Shown one piece after another: positions 9,661 through 17,018 of a stretch of DNA of 64,000 nucleotides. The DNA lies in contig CAWGMA010000003.1 of assembly GCA_963823555.1 (NCBI GenBank), forward strand, positions 1 to 64,000. Direction: 5' to 3'. Below the pieces are notes generated by a model. That model was not told where the DNA came from. It did no database searches and saw only the letters and a program-made list of their open reading frames with translations. The DNA is from Candidatus Eiseniibacteriota bacterium (GTDB lineage: Bacteria > Eisenbacteria > RBG-16-71-46 > CAVPCR01). How positions within the stretch are numbered: the stretch's first letter is position 1; the number at the start of each line of letters is the position of its first letter. A program made the position numbers and the translations under genes.

Positions 9661-11039
9661 TCAGGCGGCTTGGCTGAGGGCATGAGCGATACGATGGAAC
9701 AAGGCTTCGGTCGTGGCGTTGCGAGCCAGGCGGAGCACGGTCGCTCCGGCTGGCTTGACGATCTCGCCGGCACGGTTGAAGAGCTCAAAGCGGAGCGTAC
9801 GGATGCTCTTGAGGACGAAGAGCGTTGTGCGCTTCCTGGAACGAGGTCGCCTGGGGGCGCCGGTCTCGATCTGGAAGTTGGTCAGCAGGTTGTGGGCGAG
9901 AACGACGAGCTGCTGCCAGGCGCTGTTGGCGCCGTAGTGATGGGTCGGGATCGTGTCGAAGGCGAGACCGGTCTTCAGTTCCCCGATCGTCTTCTCGTGG
10001 GCGCCCCGACCGCCCATGAAGTGCCACAGACGTCGGGGATCGAGGGTCAGGTTGGTGGCGACGGCGGAGTACTCGTAGGTGCCGTTGTCGGGGTCGAAGA
10101 GGTCGAGCTGGTAGTTCTTGCGCGTGCGGTGATGGACCTTCTTGCGATAGATGACGACGCGAAGGGTCAGCGCCCACTTCTCGAGGGTGATCTGCTGCTC
10201 GAAGGCATCCACCTCGGCTCGAGCCGCTTCCAGCGGCGGCGTGCGCGGATCAGGCTCTTCAGATCGAGCCAGCGCCAGAAGGGGACCTTGATCGCGTAGC
10301 CGGCGGCACGGGTTTCCAGCAGCTGGAAGACTTCACGGCGAAAGAAGGCCCCATCGAGGCGGAAGTCGAGCCGGTAGTCGTGGCCGAGCGTCTCGGCGAC
10401 CTGCGTGAAGAGGTCGCGGAGGAACGCGATGGACTTCTTGCCGTCGTGGACGTTCCCCGAGCGATTCTTCACCCGCAGGATGTGCCCGGTCTCGGCCAGG
10501 TGGGCGGTGATCGGGTAGTAGCTCGGCACCTTGCGGTGGTGGGGATTGAAGCCACGGAACGCCCGCTCCACCTTGAGGCCGGTGGAGTTGACGGTGCCGT
10601 CGACATCGATGGTCAGGGTGGCCAGGGGCAACCGGGTGATGGCCCGAGCCACGACAGCGGCATTCAGCGCCCGGAGCCGTTGCAGCGACGCTTCGGTGAA
10701 GCGCTTCAACCAGCGGCTGACGGTGTGGACGGCCGGGAGATCAGCCAGAGCGCAGAAGCGCAGCACCAGCGGATCGTGATTGAGGAAGGCGACATGGTGA
10801 AGTCGTCGCCCACCGACGACCAGGAGAGCGATCAGCAACCGGACCATCGACACCAGGCCGAAGTCACCGCAGACCCCCGCTCCGGCGAGGTGTTGTCGGA
10901 GGAGCTTGTTGAACTCGATGGCGCGCAGGTAGCGGCTGAACAGCTCGAGACCAGCGTACGAGGTCAGGCCGGTCGCGGAGAACTCGACGTGAAGATCACC
11001 ATTGACTCGCCGACTCAAATCCGCTTTTCTTCGTCTCAC
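9661..11039 (-). CDS. IS1380-family DDE transposase (single frameshift near 10212)
   Basis: LTSYAGLEL, TIDVDGTV, GFNPHHRKVPSYYP, NRSGNVHD, FRLDGAFF, RGAHEKTIGELK, ANSAWQQLVVLAHNL; the stop abuts the IR. Confidence 0.88.
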
Positions 11040-11120
11040 AGTATGTGGCCTTTCGTTGAGGTCGAGTGGTGTTCTGGTACAACGCCTTCAAACCACAACG
11101 GAAGGCCCTACTTCAAGCGG

Positions 11121-11146
11121 AAAGGCTCGGGTGACCGAGCCTTTTT
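11121..11146. terminator. Hairpin at the IS left end, terminator-like and possibly bidirectional
   Basis: AAAGGCTCGG-gtga-CCGAGCCTTT (10 bp perfect stem) with a T5 tract on plus and TTT on minus. Confidence 0.6.
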
Positions 11147-11158
11147 GCTACATCAAGG

Positions 11159-11419
11159 TTAGGCCACCCCCCTTGCCCGGGTACCAGCGAGAAGTCCCTC
11201 GACACTCAGGTCCTCATCAGCATCAGGCCAATGAATGCCCTCGCCGTCTCCGAGGATCTCCCAGTTGTTCCTCGCCGAGGCCGTTGCATGAAGAAGCCGC
11301 GGGAACCAAACGAGAGGAGCCGTTATGACCCGTCCATCCGCAAGCCCAACAGTGAGTTCGTCGTCCGAGATGGAGACGGTCCGAGCCAGCGGACGGAGTT
11401 CAATCGGGGAAGTACTCAT
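11159..11419 (-). CDS. DUF2442-family putative antitoxin (cassette 5)
   Basis: LTVGLADGRVITAPLVWFPRLLHAT...GEGIHWPDADEDLSVEGLL; its TAA lies in the original R'' box GGCCTAAC. Confidence 0.85.
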   Translation of the reverse strand: MSTSPIELRPLARTVSISDDELTVGLADGRVITAPLVWFPRLLHATASARNNWEILGDGEGIHWPDADEDLSVEGLLAGTRARGVA

Positions 11420-11639
11420 CCCAGGCCTCCTGCAGAATAGTCGAGTTCTCAAGCACGATCGCCTGGATTCTCCGGAGTTCCCATGGCGAGAAACCTGTGG
11501 ACCGAGCCAGACGGACCGGATTGAGCCAGAACTTCGCCAACATCCCTTCGCGCTGGACGTGAACGTGCGGGGGCTCTCCAATCTCATTGGAGAAGAAGAA
11601 CAGCCGATATGGCCCCGCGCGCAGGATCGTTGGCGACAT
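11400..11639 (-). CDS. DUF4160-family putative toxin (cassette 5)
   Basis: MSPTILRAGPYRLFFFSNE..EPPHVHV...AKFWLNPV..A...GF...EL...AWDEYF; overlaps its DUF2442 partner. Confidence 0.87.
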   Translation of the reverse strand: MSPTILRAGPYRLFFFSNEIGEPPHVHVQREGMLAKFWLNPVRLARSTGFSPWELRRIQAIVLENSTILQEAWDEYFPD

Positions 11640-11645
11640 GGACTT

Positions 11646-11654
11646 AGTCTAGCA
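11646..11654 (-). promoter_or_regulatory. Extended -10 promoter of the DUF4160/DUF2442 cassette (leaderless)
   Basis: Minus strand TGC-TAGACT, 6 nt upstream of the ATG, no RBS. Confidence 0.55.
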
Positions 11655-11686
11655 CTTTGCCCCATTTCCAACAGCCGCGTGCCAGT

Positions 11687-11786
11687 GGCCTACGTGCGCG
11701 CTCAGCTGCCGCCGGCAACTTCGCGATGCTCCGATTCTACTACCAAACTTGCGTTGCCGGCGGGCAGCTGCAGCGCGTGGTTATGC
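11687..11786 (-). mobile_element. Integron attC site 4 (100 bp); R' reads GTAGGCC, one T short
   Basis: Minus strand GCATAAC-cacgc-GCTGCAGC...GCTGAGC-gcgcac-GT(T)AGGCC; R'' matches GTTATGC at the cassette start (12436-12442). Confidence 0.85.
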
Positions 11787-12412
11787 CATATACTCGCCTT
11801 GGCTGGGGAGTTCGATGGCGACCTTGCGTTCAGCCCAGCATTGATTGACCGCCTTTAGAACTTCGAGCCGGCGTTCCTCCGTCATGTCCTGCCGGACAGA
11901 AGGGTCGCAGAGCCAGAACGCGTAGTTGAGGAAGACAGCTTGGTTGTTGGCGCTCACTTCGCATATGAAATCCATGCCGTTGTAGGCCAAAATCTCCGAA
12001 AGACCGTGAAGTTGCTCGCTGGCCGTTCGGTCAGCGAGCATGAATCGATTCGGGATTTCACCGACGAAGCTCGAGCCGAAGTAGCCGCTCGGAACAGCGA
12101 TTGTTCCCGCGATATTCCGGTTGAACTCGGCCAAGTCCTCGGCAGGCACCCAAAGCTCGAGGCGCGCCGTTGCTACCCACGCGCCGAGGCTCGAATCGTG
12201 AGACGTAGAAGTCGTCGACTTCGAACTCGGTGACGTACCCTGCGAACGGAGCCTCCTGCGTGTTCCAGTCTCGTGCAATCTGCCGGGCGTAACCGATGCT
12301 GAGGACGGAGAGAAAATCGGCTCGTAGCGGGGAGTCTGGGCGGAAACTCGCGCATGCCCGACGCGTACACCAGGCGGAGTTCGTGCAGGCCAACTGGTCG
12401 ATAAAGCTTCAT
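11781..12412 (-). CDS. Gene cassette 4: 'ADP-ribosylation/crystallin J1'-type (ART-like) protein, two frameshifts
   Basis: MKLYRPVGLHELRLV..SGMREFPPRLP / YARQIARDWN...GYVTEFEVD / ELWVPAEDLAEFNRNI across three frames; TAA inside R''. Confidence 0.7.
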
Positions 12413-12435
12413 CTCGCTCGTCCAGCTACTTTGTA

Positions 12436-12566
12436 GCATAACGTCCGGCATCAGCTGCGGGCAAGGTGGCGCGCCCCTGGCGCGCCGACCAAGTCCGCGG
12501 CGCCGCAGGCGCCGCTGTCGCCAGGGGCGTGACACCTTGGCCGTCAGCTGCATGCCGTTGTTCGCC
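12436..12566 (-). mobile_element. Integron attC site 3 (131 bp)
   Basis: Minus strand GGCGAAC-aacgg-CATGCAGC...GCTGATG-ccggac-GTTATGC with a long central palindrome; R'' complements GTTCGCC at 13532-13538. Confidence 0.9.
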
Positions 12567-12633
12567 GTCGCTTTGTCTCGGTCTCGACACCTTGAGCCTT
12601 GCGCGGAGTTGCAGCAGAACCTCGTCGCTTCGC

Positions 12634-13505
12634 TCACTCTCGGAATTCGTCGAAGAACTTGTCGTCAACGTCAAAGGTAAGGCGGGGTGTGAGGCCGAGT
12701 TCCAGTCTCTGGAACATCTCGACGAGCTTATTGCCGTCGACGAGCTCAATGGGGGAGCGCCGTCCCGACGAGCCTCTCGTCGAGCTTCTTGTGTGAACGT
12801 CCCCGTCGTTAGGATTATACCCTTGTCGGCACGACCGAGCATGGCTCCACGGAAGTCCCGAACCACGGGCGCCCCGACGCTGCTCCGATATCGTTTGCAC
12901 TGAAACAGAACCTTGAAGGTAACGAAGGGATTCACCTCGAGAATTCCCTCGCCGTCGATCCCCTCGTCGCCGGAACGGCCAGTCAGTGAGACCTGCTGGA
13001 ATCCTGCTTCGCGAAGCAGCCGCTGAGAGAGTCGCTCGAATCCCGCGAAGGGCAGAGCTATGATGATGTCGAGAAGTTGCTCACGGTAGTTTGCGGAGGC
13101 CGAGATGTCCACATCGTCTGGTGATTCAGTGTCGTCCGGAGTTGTGAGCTCCTGCCTCTGCCTCCGTCTTGCGGCGTCGGCTTGGACTTGCTTGCGGAAG
13201 ATCTCCTGCGCGTCGGCGTAGGTGAGGTGAGTCTTGGAGCCGTTGTCAGTCAGGCTCCAAACCCCACGATTGGAAGAATCGAGAAGGCCCTCGCGCTTGA
13301 GGTAGAACCGCGCCCAAGCAACTTGGTTCTTGAATCGCGGTCCACCGGAGGGGAGTGTCTCGTTCAACTGCTCCTCAGAGATGCCAGACAACTCGGCGAC
13401 CTTGTCGGTCGCTTCGTCGGGTGTGGCCGAGCCGCCGAGAGCCCGGAGCGCATCGAGGAGCGGGCCGAAATGGTGCAGGAACTGAGTGCCTTGCTTCTTG
13501 GTCAT
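12634..13505 (-). CDS. mrr: Gene cassette 3: Mrr-family type IV restriction endonuclease (frameshift near 12750)
   Basis: Mrr_N (PLLDALRALGGSA...RFKNQVAWARFYLKREGLL.S..RGVWSLT) and Mrr_cat (FERL, GRSGDEGIDG, QCKRY, VRDFRGAM, KGIILTTG.FT..A, IELVDG). Confidence 0.92.
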
Positions 13506-13531
13506 GGTGATCTCGTTATTGGTTTGTCTCC

Positions 13532-13630
13532 GGCGAACGTTCAGGGTAACCCGCGGGCCGAACCCGGTGCGGGCCTTGCGCACGCAAGGCCCGTGACGGG
13601 CGGGCCGTCAGGTTCACCCTGCTGTTAGCC
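13532..13630 (-). mobile_element. Integron attC site 2 (99 bp)
   Basis: Minus strand GGCTAAC-agcag-GGTGAACC...GGTTACC-ctgaac-GTTCGCC; R'' complements GTTAGCC at 14184-14190. Confidence 0.92.
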
Positions 13631-13631
13631 A

Positions 13632-13922
13632 TCAGCCCCTCGACCGCCATCTGCGTGGATCGCGACGACCATGCATACATGCCACCACGACAATTGTGTC
13701 GCTGTAGAGCCGATAGAAGAGTCCGTAGGGGAACCGCCTCACCCGAATTCGGCGCGTGTCGCGATGGAGAACGGGGAACGCCCTGGGGTTCTCGAGAACC
13801 CGCTCCATTGTGGAACGCAGGGCTTCGAGGAACGCCTCACCAAGGGCAGGGCCCCGCTCGCGGTACCAGCGGAACGCCTCCTCAATGTCTGCGGCGGCCG
13901 CCGGCCGAACGACGACCTTCAC
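13632..13922 (-). CDS. RelE/ParE-family toxin (cassette 2)
   Basis: VRPAAAADIEEAFRWY....ALG..FL....ENPRAFP...RR..VRRFPY.LFY....IVVVACMHGRRDP. Confidence 0.88.
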   Translation of the reverse strand: MKVVVRPAAAADIEEAFRWYRERGPALGEAFLEALRSTMERVLENPRAFPVLHRDTRRIRVRRFPYGLFYRLYSDTIVVVACMHGRRDPRRWRSRG

Positions 13923-14134
13923 GGAGTCTCGTGCTCGAGGCGCTGAAGAACCTCATCCCATGGGATTCCACGAGGTCCGTCCCGATCAAGATCGTCGAGG
14001 CGTCGGTCCAACTCCTCCCGCTGCCGGGCCGTCAGCGGTACGTCCTGGTCCTCTAGGCTGTCCCACAGCTTCTCAAGCAACTTGAGCCGTTCATCCGGCG
14101 AGAGTTTGTTGATGTCGATGGCTGGTTCGCTCAT
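13919..14134 (-). CDS. Putative addiction-module antitoxin, TIGR02574-like (cassette 2)
   Basis: LSPDERLKLLEKLWDSL....LT..QREELDRRL......GIPWDEV; GTGA overlap with the toxin start. Confidence 0.88.
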   Translation of the reverse strand: MSEPAIDINKLSPDERLKLLEKLWDSLEDQDVPLTARQREELDRRLDDLDRDGPRGIPWDEVLQRLEHETP

Positions 14135-14140
14135 GCCCCT

Positions 14141-14169
14141 ATTCTCCCATTGGCCGGCTGCCAAGCCAA
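14141..14169 (-). promoter_or_regulatory. Sigma70-type promoter of the TA cassette 2 (leaderless)
   Basis: Minus strand TTGGCT-17 nt (ending TGG)-GAGAAT-6 nt-ATG. Confidence 0.6.
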
Positions 14170-14183
14170 GGGCCCATCTGACT

Positions 14184-14284
14184 GGCTAACGCACGGCTAA
14201 CCCGCGGGCGGGCCCGGCGCGACCCTTGCGCTCTCTGCAAGGGTCGTGACGGGGCCGACCGTCGGGTTCAGCCGGTAGTTATAC
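14184..14284 (-). mobile_element. Integron attC site 1 (101 bp)
   Basis: Minus strand GTATAAC-taccg-GCTGAACC...GGTTAGC-cgtgc-GTTAGCC; R'' complements GTTATAC at attI. Confidence 0.92.
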
Positions 14285-14285
14285 G

Positions 14286-14765
14286 TCACTGTCTGCCACC
14301 TTCACGCTTCGGACTTCTTTCCGCGGAGTTCTTGTCTCCATCGATTCGGCGCCTGAAGAGGTCGTAGTGCGCCCTGAGTCGCCCAACGTATTGCGGATCT
14401 TGAAGCACGACTTCCTCGATGAGCCGCAGGATCTCGGGAGCGTGCCCTGACTGCGGACTCGCCAGGTTGAGAATGGGGCCCTTCACTTGGTGAACGACCT
14501 CCGGATCGTCCTCGTGGGCCCACTTCGCGTAGAACTCGGCCGGCTCCCAGCCGTAGGCCACGACAGCTTCCGCGGACTTGCTGCGAGAGGAGACGACGTA
14601 GAAGAACACACGTCGGCAGTCGCACTCAGGCTCGTCACAGTACATCTCCAGGAGCGCATATTCCCCCGCCGGCAACTTGAACGGCGACGAGGCGAGGAGG
14701 GTAACCGTTCGCGTTTCTCGCCTTGCGATCTCTGGAAAGTGGTCGTGGAAGCCAACGTACGGCAT
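14286..14765 (-). CDS. Gene cassette 1: hypothetical protein with a CxxxxCxC motif
   Basis: 159 aa ORF filling the cassette; A.RETR.V, LEMYCDEPECDCRRVFF, VAYGWEP.EFY, D..YV.RL..HY..FR. Confidence 0.75.
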   Translation of the reverse strand: MPYVGFHDHFPEIARRETRTVTLLASSPFKLPAGEYALLEMYCDEPECDCRRVFFYVVSSRSKSAEAVVAYGWEPAEFYAKWAHEDDPEVVHQVKGPILNLASPQSGHAPEILRLIEEVVLQDPQYVGRLRAHYDLFRRRIDGDKNSAERSPKREGGRQ

Positions 14766-14788
14766 GCGCTCACCCTCGATTGATGTGC

Positions 14789-14807
14789 GTATAACGTGAA
14801 GTATACC
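14789..14807 (-). mobile_element. Putative attI site
   Basis: Minus strand GGTATAC-ttcac-GTTATAC (degenerate L box, 5 bp spacer, R box); no attC-like palindrome upstream; lies between the intI stop and the first cassette. Confidence 0.75.
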
Positions 14808-15023
14808 GCATGGATATCTCGCTTCTCGTTGCAGGGCGGTGCCAGGCTATCTCAATGGGCCGCGAGGGGAAAGACGTGATGCTCGCGGCCATTCCGCTGG
14901 AATCGGCCCGTACCCATACCGTGCTATCTAGCGGCCTCACGCGGGATATCCGGATACACGCTTCACTTCGTCCTGTCGCGTGGTGGAGAAGCCGCTGCGA
15001 AGCCAGGCCCGCCCGGCCCCGGC

Positions 15024-16109
15024 TCAGTCGAGTGGGCTCCTCACACCCCGCCCGCCCCGGTTGAGCACGTGCGTGTAGATCATCGTGGTACTCACATCGC
15101 GGTGGCCGAGGAGTTCCTGGATCGTCCGGATGTCGTAGCCGGCCTCGAGCAGGTGGGTCGCAAACGAGTGCCGCAGCGAGTGACAGCTCGCCGGCTTGGG
15201 GATACCGGCGCGCCGCACGGCCTCCTTGACCGCGCGCTGCAGCACCGACTCGTGCAGGTGATGCCGCCGGCGCTCCCCGCTGACACGATCCACGTACGGT
15301 CGACTGGCCGGGAAGACCCACTGCCAGGCCCATTCGCGGCTCGCGTTCGGGTACTTGGTGGCTAGCGCATAAGGCAATTCCACACTCCCCAGTCCATCCC
15401 GCAAGGCCGCCCCATGCTGCTTCCGCACCCGCTCGAGATGCGCCGCGAGCGGAGCCTTCACCCTCCTCGGAAGCATGGTGATGCGGTCCTTCCTCCCCTT
15501 CCCGTCACGGACCAGGATCTCGTTGCGAGCCATGTCCACATCCTTGACCCGGATCCGGCAGCATTCCATCACGCGCAGACCCGCACCGTAGAGAAGCGAG
15601 GCCATGATCCAGTGCGTGCCGTGGAGATGAGAGAGAATCGCCTCCACCTCGTCCCGGATCAGGACGACCGGCAGGCGCTGCGGGCGCTTGGCGCGGACGA
15701 TTCCGTCCATCCAGGCAAGGTCTCGATCCAGCACCTCGCGATAGAGAAACAGCAGCGCGCTCAGGGCCTGGTTCTGCGTCGATGCACTCACGCCGCGAGC
15801 CGCCAGGCTCGAGAGAAAGGCGGTGATCTCTGCCTCCGCCATCTCCAGCGGGTGACGCTTCCGGTGGAAGAAGATGAACCGCTTGACCCAGCCGACGTAC
15901 GCCTTCTCCGTGCGGTAGCTGTAGTGGCGCGCCCGGATGGCCATCCGCATCCGATCCAGAAGCTTCGGGGGACGCGGGCGCGCGGCGCCCGGCGGGGGCG
16001 CGGCGCCCGGCGCGTCCGACCAGCCCTCCGCCACGAGCGATCCGCTGTGGCCCCCGATCTCCGCACCTGCCGCTGCCCGGAACAGCGGCCCTTGCATCAT
16101 GAACCTCAT
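15024..16109 (-). CDS. intI: Integron integrase (tyrosine recombinase)
   Basis: [42 protein letters not shown], IntI-specific [58 protein letters not shown] before the ATG at 16109. Confidence 0.97.
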   Translation of the reverse strand: MRFMMQGPLFRAAAGAEIGGHSGSLVAEGWSDAPGAAPPPGAARPRPPKLLDRMRMAIRARHYSYRTEKAYVGWVKRFIFFHRKRHPLEMAEAEITAFLSSLAARGVSASTQNQALSALLFLYREVLDRDLAWMDGIVRAKRPQRLPVVLIRDEVEAILSHLHGTHWIMASLLYGAGLRVMECCRIRVKDVDMARNEILVRDGKGRKDRITMLPRRVKAPLAAHLERVRKQHGAALRDGLGSVELPYALATKYPNASREWAWQWVFPASRPYVDRVSGERRRHHLHESVLQRAVKEAVRRAGIPKPASCHSLRHSFATHLLEAGYDIRTIQELLGHRDVSTTMIYTHVLNRGGRGVRSPLD

Positions 16110-16193
16110 CTCATCACTCCTCGGGGTCCATGATCTGTAAGGAGCCCAGCACCACGAGCGGGCAGACTTCGTCCCTCTCACCGTCAGGCGGCC

Positions 16194-16220
16194 AAAAAAA
16201 GCGCGCCCGGCGGCTACGCG
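16194..16220 (-). terminator. Terminator-like GC hairpin with T7 tract between the NusG paralogue and intI
   Basis: Minus strand CGCGTagCCgccGGGCGCGc-TTTTTTT; imperfect stem with a bulge. Confidence 0.45.
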
Positions 16221-16292
16221 GGAAGATGCGGCCACGTCGAGGTCCCCGAGCCATCGCTGAGCGGCCCGTGTGCGGAGCCGCCGCGGTTCCTC

Positions 16293-17006
16293 TCAGGTCG
16301 CCCGTGCGTAGCGATGTGCGCTCGCGTCCACGTCGAGCCCGGCCGCCATGCTGGTGGCCGCATGACGTCGCGGATCGCAAACGGGCTCCACGTCACGCGC
16401 GTCGATCTCGACCGCCGCACCGCGGCCGAGAACGCTCACGTTGAGCACGAGTCTGGCGCGCCCCCGCCGGAACCAGCGTCCGGCCACCAGGCCCTCGATA
16501 CCGGCAAGAGGTCCGCTGGTCACCCGCACCCGCATGCCTCGCTCGAGCGCCGGGGACGGCACGAGATCCGCCCCGGTCGCCAGGGCTGCACGGATCTGAC
16601 GGAGCTCCGCGAGCAGTCGCTCCGGTCGCGTGACGGGGATCATTCGCGCGATGGCGCCCGTTTCCAGGAGCGCCACCCGCCACTCAGGCGTCAGGCAGGC
16701 AAAGACGTAGCTCGCGAAGAGCGGCACCTGATGGACACGGCGGCGAAGCGTGCCCGTTCGGTGATCGCGGAGAGGAAGGTAATGCCGAACATGGAGACGC
16801 TCGCAGGCACGACCCACCTGCTTCTCTCGCCGCGAGCGGGTGTAGAGGACCGCCCAGGACTCGCCGTCGAGAGGCAGATCGAGGCTGTCGATCGGCGCCG
16901 TCTCGCGGTCGGCCTGCGGCTCCGGGTCCTCGGCGCATGCTCCCTGCCCGGGCGCCGGGCGCGCCACCATGGGGTATGCCGTCGGATACTGGGGCACGGC
17001 GGTCAT
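16293..17006 (-). CDS. NusG-family transcription antiterminator paralogue (UpxY/RfaH-like)
   Basis: NGN motifs WAVLYTRSRREKQV, HYLPL, PLFASYVF; KOW GMRVRVTSGPLAGIEG...RLVLNVSVLGRGAAVEID; RBS GGAGG 6 nt before the ATG at 17006. Confidence 0.9.
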   Translation of the reverse strand: MTAVPQYPTAYPMVARPAPGQGACAEDPEPQADRETAPIDSLDLPLDGESWAVLYTRSRREKQVGRACERLHVRHYLPLRDHRTGTLRRRVHQVPLFASYVFACLTPEWRVALLETGAIARMIPVTRPERLLAELRQIRAALATGADLVPSPALERGMRVRVTSGPLAGIEGLVAGRWFRRGRARLVLNVSVLGRGAAVEIDARDVEPVCDPRRHAATSMAAGLDVDASAHRYARAT

Positions 17007-17018
17007 CTTCGACCTCCA

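Larger units (their letters stand above)
9643..11158 (-). mobile_element. IS1380-family insertion sequence (1516 bp) with 18 bp terminal IRs and a 4 bp target duplication
   Basis: IRs CCTCAATGTAGCGAAAAG (9643-9660) and CCTTGATGTAGCAAAAAG (minus strand from 11158), 15/18 identical; TTAG flanks both ends (9639-9642, 11159-11162). Confidence 0.9.

Noticed and set aside
10195..10225. Programmed frameshift in the IS transposase
   Set aside because: No slippery heptamer, IS1380 transposases are single-ORF, and one missing base explains the break in an indel-prone assembly.
14830..14844. Sigma54 promoter acting as Pc near attI (TGGCACCGCCCTGCA on the minus strand)
   Set aside because: GG-N9-GC spacing; sigma54 requires N10.
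16135..16149. Proteobacterial LexA box upstream of intI
   Set aside because: CTG-N9-CAG has the wrong spacing (needs N10); a lineage-specific LexA motif cannot be excluded.
16293..17006. Housekeeping nusG or true rfaH
   Set aside because: No secE/rplK context, UpxY-like motifs, and no ops element seen in the leader, so no gene symbol was assigned.
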